Assembly (NCBI GenBank): GCA_963814795.1
Contig: CAWFEK010000013.1
Location: forward strand, 4,094 to 68,093
Direction of reading: 5' to 3'
DNA from: Bryobacterales bacterium
Lineage (GTDB): Bacteria; Acidobacteriota; Terriglobia; Bryobacterales; Bryobacteraceae
DNA length: 64,000 nucleotides
Shown: positions 1-8,564 of the stretch, in pieces
Numbering within the stretch: the stretch's first letter is position 1
How the letters are laid out: each line of letters starts with the position of its first letter
Notes under the pieces: generated by a model
The model's database searches: none
Told to the model about the DNA's origin: nothing
Seen by the model: only the letters and a program-made list of their open reading frames with translations
Translations under genes and position numbers: made by a program

Positions 1-23
1 CCAGCGGCCCTTTGCGAGACAAC

Positions 24-51
24 GTGGCAGGCGTTTCCTTTCCGCCTGCCC
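24..51. repeat. Degenerate REP1-like hairpin
   Basis: GTGGCAGGCG, 9-nt loop, CGCCTGCC read directly. Same stem as the REP1 copies elsewhere in the window, but with a longer loop. Confidence 0.4.
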
Positions 52-140
52 ATCGATTCCCACCTCGCGCGCCGCACACTGCTTCCGGCTTGGCGCGGTT
101 TACCATCGAGATTCAGAAATCCCGCGAAACGACCGTTCAG

Positions 141-220
141 ATGTTGCCCAGTCAAGATGTTGCCCAGTCAGGATGTTGCCCAGTCAGGATGTTGCCCAGT
201 CAGAATGTTGACCCGTCAGA
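141..220. repeat. 16-bp tandem repeat x5 (ATGTTGCCCAGTCARG, last unit diverged)
   Basis: Head-to-tail units start at 141, 157, 173, 189 and 205. The array lies about 135 nt upstream of ATG 355. Confidence 0.9.
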
Positions 221-354
221 TAGACGGCGCGGCCCCTTCCTGTTTGGCACGTTCAACTCGGTCCAGGCTGTCTGGCCCAAGAGATCCCGCTCAGCATCGG
301 TTGGTGGCATCACCACCAGCAACAAAGTTACCATCGCTGTTACGAACTAACGCT

Positions 355-1940
355 ATGTTGGAACGCGCCACAATTCCCGTCTTGATTGCTTGTGTCATGG
401 TCGTCCCCGCTGGCGGCCAAGTGACCACCTCGCAATACGACAACGCCCGCACCGGCGCCAACCTGAACGAAACAACCCTGACTCCTCGAAACGTGAATGC
501 CGCGCAATTCGGAAAACTGTTCACTCTTCAAGTCGATGGCGATGTCTATGCCCAGCCCCTCTACCTGCCTGGAGTCGAAATCCCCGGCAAAGGCAAGCAC
601 AACGTCGTCTTCATCGCCACCGAACACGACAGCGTTTTCGCCTTTGACGCCGCTGGGCGGCCCTCCACTCCGCTCTGGCAAGTGAGCTTCCTGGCCGGCG
701 CAGGCGTCACCACCGTACCCGCATCGGCCGTTCAGTGTCCCTTCATACGGCCGGAGATCGGCATCACTCCCACCCCCGTCATCGATCGCGCTACGGGAAC
801 GCTCTACGTTCTGGCTCGCACCAAAGAAAGCCAGGGTTTGCTGGGAAGCTCGCGCTACGTCCAACGCCTGCACGCGCTAGCCATCACCACCGGTGCTGAA
901 AAATTCGGAGGCCCGGTGGAGATCAAGGCCTCTGTAAAAGGCCGTGGCGCCGCGGGTTCCGGAGGGCAAATCGATTTCGATCCGCTCCGCGAGCTTCCCC
1001 GCGCCGCTTTGCTGCTGGCCGCGGGACAGGTGTCCTCACCTGGGCTTCCTCCTGCGACGTCGGGCCATATCACGGTTGGGTGCTGGCCTACGACGCGCAC
1101 ACCCTGGCCCAGACCGCCGTGTTGAATACCTCACCCGATGATGAAGAGAGCGGAATCTGGCAAAGCGATACCGGTCCCGCCGCCGACCAGGATGGCGACG
1201 TGTTTCTGGCCACCGGCAACGGTAAGTTCGACGCCGATTCCGGCGGCCGCGACTACGGTGACAGCGTTCTCAAACTGTCGCTCCAAAAAAACAACCTGCT
1301 GGTGACCGATTTTTTCACTCCCTTCAACCAGCAGGAACTCAACTCCAACGATCTCGACATCGGCTCCGGCGGTCCCCTGCTTCTGCCCCAGCAGCCCGGC
1401 CCGCACCCGCGCTTGCTACTGGTAGGCGGCAAAGGCGGCAGCCTTTATCTAATAGATCGCGACCACCTGGGGAAATATCATTCCGGCGATGATAGCCACG
1501 CCGTCCAAGTGCTGCGCATCGGCAGCGGAATCTACAGCGCTCCGGCATATTGGAACCAGCACGTCTACATTTTCGCCGCCGACGATGTCCTCAAAGCTTT
1601 CGCCCTGCAACAAGGCCGGCTTTCTCTGGTGGCGCAGGGCGCAACGAAATTCATTGACCCTGGCGCAACCCCCACCGTCTCGGCGAACGGCCGGAGCAAC
1701 GGCATAATCTGGGTGCTGCTCTCCAAAGGCTGGCGCTCGCCGGATACCAAAGCCGTGCTCTACGCCTACGATGCCGCAAATGTCGCCCACGAACTCTACT
1801 CGAGCGAACAAAACACTCCACGCGACCACGCCGGCCTATGCCTACGCTTCAACATCCCCACAGTAGCCAACGGCAAAGTCTACGTCCCCGCCAGACGCGA
1901 AGTAAACGTCTTCGGCCTCCTACCAACCAGCAATCAATAA
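355..1940 (+). pseudogene. Secreted PQQ-like beta-propeller protein with the frame broken near 1030-1036; propeller-only paralogue of 13828..16074
   Basis: ORFs 157..1125 (frame 1) and 1080..1940 (frame 3) are collinear with the paralogue. QVTTSQYDNARTGANLNETTLTP aligns to QVNVVTYQYDASRAGANLNESVLTP. Frame-3 text VLTWASSCDVGPYHGWVLAYDAHTL aligns to [24 protein letters not shown]. Met at 355 is followed by a hydrophobic signal-like segment. Confidence 0.8.
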
Positions 1941-2064
1941 CCAGCAACCAGTAACCAGTAACCAGCAACCAGCCACCAGCCACCAGCAACCAGCCACCAG
2001 CCACCAGCCACCAGCGACCAGCCACCAGCCACCAGCCACCAGCCACCAGCCACCAGCCACCACC
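1939..2064. repeat. Heptanucleotide microsatellite (NACCAGC) x18
   Basis: Counted directly: AACCAGC/AACCAGT/CACCAGC/GACCAGC units without interruption. Starts at the stop codon of the upstream gene and ends about 84 nt before the aroC start. Confidence 0.95.
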
Positions 2065-2147
2065 CATGAGCCCCCAGTCCCAAGCCCCGCCCTTTCCGTA
2101 GCAGCCCCGTGTTTCCGCTACCATGAAGTTTTCCCCAAACCACTCCA

Positions 2148-3320
2148 ATGCTTCGCTTCGAAACGGCCGGTGAATCACACGGAGAATGCCTGGTCGCCAC
2201 CCTGACCGGACTTCCCGCCGGCATTCCCATCTCGCTCGACGCCATCAATCGCGAGCTCTGGCGCCGCCAGCAAGGCTACGGGCGCGGCGGCCGCATGAAA
2301 ATTGAAAAGGATCAGGTCGAAATCGTCGCCGGCGTCCGCCACTCCCAAACCATCGGATCGCCCATCGCCATCATCCTTCGCAATAACGATTGGAAAAACT
2401 GGACCGAAGCTCTTCCCGTAGAGGATATCGACGGCGCCGAAGATAAACGCAAGCCGGTCACCCGTCCACGCCCCGGCCATGCCGACCTCGCCGGTTCCCT
2501 CAAATACAATTTTCATGACGCCCGCTACATTCTGGAACGCGCCAGCGCGCGCGAAACCACGGCCCGTGTCGCAGTCGGCGCCCTGGCCAAAACCTTTCTT
2601 GCCCAATTCGATATCGGCGTCTTGAGCCACGTCATCGCCATTGGCGACGCTAGTTTAGATCGAGAAGTCTTCTGGCAGGAACTGGTCGAACTGAGCGAAA
2701 AGCAGGAAGTGACCCTGGGCTGCGTCGACGCCGCCATCGAGCATCGCATGAAAATGTTCGTCGATCAGGCTTACAAAACCGGCGACACCGCCGGCGGCGT
2801 CTTCGAGGTGGTGGCGCACAACGTTCCGCCCGGCCTCGGCTCCCACATCACCTGGGATTCCCGCCTGGACGGCCGTCTGGCCCAGGCCGTGGTGTCCATA
2901 CAAGCCGTGAAGGGCGCCGAGATCGGAAACGCAGCTGAGGGAGCTGCCTCCTTCGGATCCGGAGTGCAGGATACAATCCAGTACAATCGTGAACAGCGGC
3001 AGTTCACTCGCGGCGCCAATCGCGCCGGGGGCCTGGAAGGCGGGATGACCAACGGCCAGGATGTGGTGGTCCGCGGATTTCTAAAACCGATTTCCACGCT
3101 GCGGCGTCCTTTGGAATCGGTGGATTTCGAGACGCGGGAGCCCGCTCTGGCCGCCTATGAGCGCAGCGATGTGTGCGTGGTTCCGGCCGCCGGCGTCATC
3201 GGCGAAGCGATGGTGGCCATCGTGCTGGCGCAGGCGTTTTTGGAAAAATTTGGAGGCGATTCGCTGGAGGAAACCCGGCGTAATTTTACCAGTTACATGG
3301 AGCAGGTACGGAACTTCTGA
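2148..3320 (+). CDS. aroC: Chorismate synthase
   Basis: N-terminus MLRFETAGESHGECLVATLTGLPAGIPI, RPGHADL and the overall 390-aa length are typical of AroC. Confidence 0.95.
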   Translation: MLRFETAGESHGECLVATLTGLPAGIPISLDAINRELWRRQQGYGRGGRMKIEKDQVEIVAGVRHSQTIGSPIAIILRNNDWKNWTEALPVEDIDGAEDKRKPVTRPRPGHADLAGSLKYNFHDARYILERASARETTARVAVGALAKTFLAQFDIGVLSHVIAIGDASLDREVFWQELVELSEKQEVTLGCVDAAIEHRMKMFVDQAYKTGDTAGGVFEVVAHNVPPGLGSHITWDSRLDGRLAQAVVSIQAVKGAEIGNAAEGAASFGSGVQDTIQYNREQRQFTRGANRAGGLEGGMTNGQDVVVRGFLKPISTLRRPLESVDFETREPALAAYERSDVCVVPAAGVIGEAMVAIVLAQAFLEKFGGDSLEETRRNFTSYMEQVRNF

Positions 3321-3835
3321 TGACGCACGCCATCGTGTTGTACGGCGAACCGGTTCTCGAAACCGAAGCCAAAAAGATTACCGAATTCGATACTCCCGAA
3401 TTGCATAAGCTGATCGACGACATGTTCGAATCCATGTACGCGGCCAAAGGAGTGGGACTCGCCGCGCCTCAAATCGGCCTTTCCAAGCGCATTGCCGTCA
3501 TCGATCTGTCGGTGGCCGAAGATCCCCAGCAGAAGCTGGTGCTCATCAATCCGGAAATCATTCGCCGTGAAGGAACGCAGACGTCGGAAGAAGGCTGCCT
3601 CAGCATCCCCGGATTTCGCGAGCAGGTGCGGCGCGCCAAATCCGTGACCGTCCGCGCCCAGAACGTCAAAGGCGAGCCATTTGAAATGACCGGCGAAGAC
3701 CTGCTGGCCCGCGCCTTCGCGCATGAGATCGATCATCTCAACGGCCGCCTCTACATCACCCACGTCAGCGCCCTCAAGCGCGATCTGATCCGCCGCAAAG
3801 TGCGCAAACTGGTGAAAGCCGGAGAATGGGGCTAA
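3320..3835 (+). CDS. def: Peptide deformylase
   Basis: The three PDF motifs are present: GVGLAAPQIG, EGCLSIPG and HEIDHLNG. The start overlaps the aroC stop by 1 nt. Confidence 0.95.
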   Translation: MTHAIVLYGEPVLETEAKKITEFDTPELHKLIDDMFESMYAAKGVGLAAPQIGLSKRIAVIDLSVAEDPQQKLVLINPEIIRREGTQTSEEGCLSIPGFREQVRRAKSVTVRAQNVKGEPFEMTGEDLLARAFAHEIDHLNGRLYITHVSALKRDLIRRKVRKLVKAGEWG

Positions 3836-3895
3836 CACCTTTGCTAAGTTTTGCCCAATGCCACCAGCCTATCCTTTTGCCCAATGCCGCACATC

Positions 3896-3943
3896 GTGGC
3901 GCACGCACTCCTGCGTGCCGCGTCGGCACTCCTGCCGACGCCT
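3896..3943 (+). repeat. REP2 double-hairpin element
   Basis: GTGGCGCACGCACTCCTGCGTGCCGC followed by GCGTCGGCACTCCTGCCGACGC, two adjacent stem-loops. It ends a few nt before the fmt start. Confidence 0.75.
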
Positions 3944-3949
3944 CTTAAC

Positions 3950-4869
3950 ATGACCCTAGTCTTCCTAGGCACCCCCACCTTCGCCGCCCCAACGCTAGAG
4001 CGCGTGGTCCAGGCCGGACATCGCGTCCTCGCCGTCTACACCCAACCGGATCGCCCGAAGGGCCGGGGCGGGGAACTGTCCGCGTCCCCAGTAAAACAAA
4101 CCGCGCAGCAGCTTTCGCTCCCAGTCCACCAACCGGAACGCATTCGCAAGCCCGAGCCAGTGGAGCAGTTAAAACAAATGCAGCCGGACGCCATGGTGGT
4201 GGTGGGCTACGGGCAAATCATCCCGCAATCCATCATCGATATTCCACGCCACGGCATCATCAACGTGCACGCGTCGCTGCTGCCCAAATATCGTGGCGCC
4301 GCACCCATCCAATGGGCCATCGCGAACGGCGAATCCACCACCGGTGTCACCACCATGCGAATCGACGCGGGCCTCGACACCGGCGACATGCTTTTGAAAT
4401 GGGAAACCCCCATCGGATCTCGGAAGAAAACGCCGTCGAGCTGGGCCAGCGCATGTCCGTGGCCGGCGCGGATCTTCTGGTCCAAACTCTCGCCGGCATC
4501 GAAGCCGGAAGCGTTCATCCCCAGCCGCAAGACAGCTCCGAAGCGTCCCTCGCCCCGATCCTGAAAAAAGAAGATGGCGAAGTGGATTGGAATTGGCCAG
4601 CGCCGAAAATTTCCAACCGCGCGCGCGGCTTCCTGCCGTGGCCCGGCGCGTACAGCCACTTTCGCGGCCAGCTCTTCCATATCTGGAAAGCCCGCGTGGC
4701 CGAAGAGCCGGCGAAAGGCCCCCCAGGCCGCCTAATGCCGCTTAAGAAGCGTCTCCTCGTCTCGAGCGGTGAATCCAGCGCCCTGGAACTGATCGAAGTT
4801 CAAATCGAAGGTCGCAAGCGAATGCCGGTAGAAGCATTCCTGAACGGTCATCGCCTGGAAGTAGAATGA
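3950..4869 (+). pseudogene. fmt: Methionyl-tRNA formyltransferase with an apparent 1-nt deletion near 4418-4423
   Basis: Frame 2 (ORF 3851..4564) gives MTLVFLGTPTFAAP...INVHASLLPKYRGAAPIQWAI...DMLLKWETPIG. Frame 1 (ORF 4312..4869) continues SEENAVELGQRMS...KKEDGEVDW...ARGFLPWPGAY. Together they make a full-length Fmt. Confidence 0.9.
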
Positions 4870-4884
4870 ACACTTGGGCCGTTT

Positions 4885-6063
4885 ATGAACCTTCCCCAGG
4901 GCTACCGCTATTCCTCCACCTACGCCGGAATTCGCAAACAACGCAAGGACGATCTCGCGCTGATCGTTTCCCACCCCCCTGCTTCCGCCGCCGCCGTCTT
5001 CACCGAGAACCGCGTCCAGGCCGCCCCTGTAAGAATCGCGCGCTTCCATCTGGAACAGTCGCGCGGTGTAGTCGCCGCCGTTCTCATCAACGCCGGCAAC
5101 GCGAATTGCGCCACCCGAACAGGCGACCGCGTGGCCTTGGCCTGCTGCGACGCCGTGGCCAAACACCTGCGCGTTCCCGCCGCACAAGTCTTTCCTGCTT
5201 CCACCGGCGTCATCGGTGTGGAACTCGACGCCGGGCTGATCACCAACGCTCTGCCCAAGCTGATTGAAGGCCTGTCCCCCTCCCGTTTCGACGATGCCGC
5301 GCGCGCCATCCTCACCACCGACACGGTCATGAAAACCGCGCACCGGAAGCTCACCCTGCGCCGCCGCGCCGTACGCATCGCCGGCATGACCAAAGGCTCC
5401 GGCATGATCCATCCCCGCATGGCTACTACGCTGGCATTCGTAATGTCGGACGCCGCGCTCAGCCCATCTCTGCTCGCGTCATTGCTTAGCCGCGCCGTCA
5501 AGCGCAGCTACAACCGCATCAGCGTGGATGGCGATACCTCCACCAACGACACTCTGCTGCTGCTCGCCAATGGAGCGTCCGGCATTGAGCCCACCGATAA
5601 AGAACTGCTGAAGTTTGAGGAAGCTCTCTCGGAAGTGCTCGAAGACCTGGCCAAGCAGATCGTCCGCGATGGCGAAGGAGCGCGCAAGCTCATCACCATC
5701 GAAATCTCGGGCGCCTCCAGCGAAGATGCCGCGGACCGTTTGGCCCGCGCGATCGCCAACTCGCCGCTGGTGAAAACGGCCATCGCCGGATCGGATCCCA
5801 ACTGGGGACGCATTCTCTCCGCGGCCGGAAACGCCGGCGTAGCATTTGACCCGTCCAAAGTCGACATCCATCTGCAAGGCACCTTGGTCTGCCAGGCCGG
5901 CGTCGCCGCCGACTTTTCGGAATCGGAACTCAAGAAAAAGCTCGACGAAAAAGAATGCCTGATCGCCGTTGTCCTCCACGGCCGAGGCCAGGCCGCGGCC
6001 CGCTTCTGGACGTGCGACCTAACGGAAAAGTACATTGAAATTAATGCCAGCTACCGCACCTAG
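4885..6063 (+). CDS. argJ: Bifunctional glutamate N-acetyltransferase / amino-acid acetyltransferase
   Basis: MTKGSGMIHPRMATTLAFVMSDA (self-cleavage region), GDTSTNDT and a C-terminal INASYRT are typical of ArgJ. Confidence 0.9.
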   Translation: MNLPQGYRYSSTYAGIRKQRKDDLALIVSHPPASAAAVFTENRVQAAPVRIARFHLEQSRGVVAAVLINAGNANCATRTGDRVALACCDAVAKHLRVPAAQVFPASTGVIGVELDAGLITNALPKLIEGLSPSRFDDAARAILTTDTVMKTAHRKLTLRRRAVRIAGMTKGSGMIHPRMATTLAFVMSDAALSPSLLASLLSRAVKRSYNRISVDGDTSTNDTLLLLANGASGIEPTDKELLKFEEALSEVLEDLAKQIVRDGEGARKLITIEISGASSEDAADRLARAIANSPLVKTAIAGSDPNWGRILSAAGNAGVAFDPSKVDIHLQGTLVCQAGVAADFSESELKKKLDEKECLIAVVLHGRGQAAARFWTCDLTEKYIEINASYRT

Positions 6064-6528
6064 ATGAACACGCCCAATGAAGAATCTCTGTGCTGCCAGT
6101 GGGGCAGGCGCTTCCGCCTGCCAACCGCGCTACTCCTCACAACGTCCCTCCTCGCCGACACCCCCCGCGAAATCATCGACGTCTTCGGCGCCATGGCCGC
6201 CGCGCTCACCGACAACAACCTCCCCGAATTCATGGACGCCTTCGATAAAGACATGCCCGGCTACGGCAAACTCAAAACCGACGTCAACGCTCTGATGACG
6301 CAGGCCAATATCACCAGCTCCATCGAGCCCATCAAAGACGAAGGCGACGGCTCCATGCACAAAGTGGATCTCGACTGGTTTCTCCAAGTCCGCAGCCTCT
6401 ACCCGGACGGCCCCATCGTCAACCGCCGCGAAGTAATCCACTGCGAGCTGCGCAAACAAGGCAAGCATTGGAAAATCGTTTCGCTGCAACCGCTTGAATT
6501 TTTCGCGCCCGCCAAACTCGACAAATGA
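6064..6528 (+). CDS. Hypothetical protein, start uncertain
   Basis: Open frame whose stop overlaps the next gene start (ATGA). The N-terminal 20 codons run through a REP1 copy. The next ATG is at 6193. Confidence 0.5.
   Translation: MNTPNEESLCCQWGRRFRLPTALLLTTSLLADTPREIIDVFGAMAAALTDNNLPEFMDAFDKDMPGYGKLKTDVNALMTQANITSSIEPIKDEGDGSMHKVDLDWFLQVRSLYPDGPIVNRREVIHCELRKQGKHWKIVSLQPLEFFAPAKLDK
6099..6126 (+). repeat. REP1 hairpin (GTGGGGCAGGCGCTTCCGCCTGCCAACC)
   Basis: Stem GGCAGGCG / loop CTTC / stem CGCCTGCC read directly. Confidence 0.85.
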
Positions 6529-8471
6529 AAAACTTCTGCATTCTTCTTCTGAGCGCTGCAACATTCCTTTCCGCGCAGCCCAACCTCATGCCGTGGCCCA
6601 AGAAAATCTCGATGGGGGAAGGCGCTCTCGCCATCGATCAAACCTTTAGCGTTTCGCTCTCAGGCTCTCCCGACGCGCGTGTCGGCGCCGCCGCCGGAAG
6701 ATTGGTTCATCAACTCGCTCTCCAAACCGGCATTCCGCTCGCCCAAGTCACCCGTGATCCTTCGCACGCCAAGCTCGAAATCCGCTGCGACACCCCCGGC
6801 GAACCAATCCAAAAGCTCGGCGAAGACGAAAGCTATCGCCTGGAAGTGACCCCGCAACGTGCGGTGCTGAGCGCTCCCAACCCACTCGGCATCCTCCACG
6901 GCCTCCAAACATTCTTACAACTCGTAGAACCCGGCGCAGTGAGCTTCACCGTCCCCGCCGTGGTCATCGAAGACCAGCCGCGCTTCCCCTGGCGCGGCCT
7001 GCACATCGATGTCTCGCGTCACTGGATGCCGCTCGAAGTGGTCAAGCGCAATCTGGACGGCATGGCCGCCGTTAAGCTCAACGTCTTCCACTGGCATCTC
7101 TCCGACGATCAAGGCTTCCGCATCGAGAGCAAGCGCTATCCAAAGCTGCAGCAGCAAGGTTCGGATGGCAACTATTACACGCAGGATCAAGTCCGCGAAG
7201 TGATCGCCTACGCGCGCGATCGCGGCATTCGCGTGGTTCCGGAATTCGACATGCCCGGCCACGCCACCAGTTGGTTCGTCGGATACCCGGAACTGGCCAG
7301 CGCCCCCGGCCCTTACGCCATCGAGCGGCATTTCGGCATCTTCGACCCCGCCATGGACCCCTCGCGCGAAGCGACCTACGAATTCCTGGACGCGTTCATC
7401 GGCGAAATGGCCGGCCTATTTCCGGACGCCTTCTTCCACATCGGCGGCGACGAAGTGAACGGCGAGCAGTGGAAGAAATCTGCGCACATTCAGGCCTTCA
7501 TGAGCGACCATCGCATCAAGGACAGTCATGACCTGCAGGCGTATTTCACCAAGCAAGTCCAGCGAATAGTTGCGAAACACGGCAAGCGAACTGAAGGTTG
7601 GGACGAAGTGCTGGCCGCCGAATTGCCCAAGGACATCGTGATTCAATCCTGGCAAGGCCAGAAACCTCTTGCCGAAGCCGCGCGCCAGGGCTATTCGGGA
7701 ATCCTTTCCGCCGGCTACTATCTGGATCACATGGAGCCCGCCTCCACGCTCTATCAGGTAGATCCGCTCGAGCAGGAAACAGCCGCGCTGACACCAGAAG
7801 AAAAATCGCGCATCCTGGGCGGCGAAGTCTGTATGTGGAGTGAATACGTCAGCCCCGAAAATGTCGACTCCAGAATCTGGCCGCGCACCGCCGCCGTCGC
7901 CGAACGATTCTGGTCGCCCCAGGAAATAAAAGACATCGCGTCCATGTACCGCCGCCTGGATGCCGTAAGCCGCAAGCTGGAATGGACCGGACTCACGCAT
8001 CTTTCAAGCTACCTGCCCATGCTGCGAAGAATGGCCGGCGATCAGCCCATCGATGCACTCAAGGTTTTAGCCGATGTCGTCCAGCCGGCCAATCAGGACG
8101 CGCGGGACGAAGCCAACAACACTCAACAGACTCCGCTCAACCGCCTGGTAGACGCCGCGCGCTCGAAAAGCAAAACTGCCCGCGATTTCGCCGCGTTAGT
8201 CGACAAAATGGATCGCCCGCAAATCCGCGCCTGGCTAATCCTGTGGCGCGACAACGATGCAAAACTCGAACCCTTGCTGGAAAAATCGTTCCTGCTAAAA
8301 GAAAACATCCCCGCATCGCAAGACCTGGCCCGCCTGGCCACAATCGGCCTCGATGCCCTGGACGGCCACGCATCCGATCAAAGCGCCTTCCTGGAACAAG
8401 CCAAAAAGCTCCACGCCGAAGTAGAACTAGCGATAGTCCCCGCCATAGAAAAACTAATCCACTCCCACTGA
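6525..8471 (+). CDS. GH20 beta-N-acetylhexosaminidase, secreted
   Basis: RFPWRGLHIDVSRHW, FHWHLSDDQGFR, PEFDMPGH and HIGGDE motifs, plus an N-terminal signal-like segment. Confidence 0.9.
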   Translation: MKNFCILLLSAATFLSAQPNLMPWPKKISMGEGALAIDQTFSVSLSGSPDARVGAAAGRLVHQLALQTGIPLAQVTRDPSHAKLEIRCDTPGEPIQKLGEDESYRLEVTPQRAVLSAPNPLGILHGLQTFLQLVEPGAVSFTVPAVVIEDQPRFPWRGLHIDVSRHWMPLEVVKRNLDGMAAVKLNVFHWHLSDDQGFRIESKRYPKLQQQGSDGNYYTQDQVREVIAYARDRGIRVVPEFDMPGHATSWFVGYPELASAPGPYAIERHFGIFDPAMDPSREATYEFLDAFIGEMAGLFPDAFFHIGGDEVNGEQWKKSAHIQAFMSDHRIKDSHDLQAYFTKQVQRIVAKHGKRTEGWDEVLAAELPKDIVIQSWQGQKPLAEAARQGYSGILSAGYYLDHMEPASTLYQVDPLEQETAALTPEEKSRILGGEVCMWSEYVSPENVDSRIWPRTAAVAERFWSPQEIKDIASMYRRLDAVSRKLEWTGLTHLSSYLPMLRRMAGDQPIDALKVLADVVQPANQDARDEANNTQQTPLNRLVDAARSKSKTARDFAALVDKMDRPQIRAWLILWRDNDAKLEPLLEKSFLLKENIPASQDLARLATIGLDALDGHASDQSAFLEQAKKLHAEVELAIVPAIEKLIHSH

Positions 8472-8483
8472 CAGGGAAAAAGT

Positions 8484-8552
8484 TGGGGACATGACGGGCA
8501 AGCGTCCGAACAGTTTCAACCTTTAGCGCGCCGAGTCGTGTCCCCGAATTTC
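8484..8552. terminator. Family-3 inverted-repeat element between convergent genes (GGGGACATGACGGGC ... GCCGAGTCGTGTCCCC)
   Basis: Imperfect inverted arms were read directly. On the minus strand the hairpin is followed by a T-run (CCCCAACTTTTT). It lies between the GH20 stop and the TolC-like stop. Confidence 0.45.
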
Positions 8553-8564
8553 AACACGACCACC

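Noticed and set aside
141-2064. Possibility that the 16-mer or 7-mer arrays are CRISPR arrays
   Set aside because: The units are contiguous with no spacers and far shorter than CRISPR repeats. No cas genes are present.
1849-2248. ORFs encoding WWLVAGG repeats
   Set aside because: They are pure translations of the 7-nt microsatellite on the minus strand. They overlap the aroC start and the upstream gene's stop.
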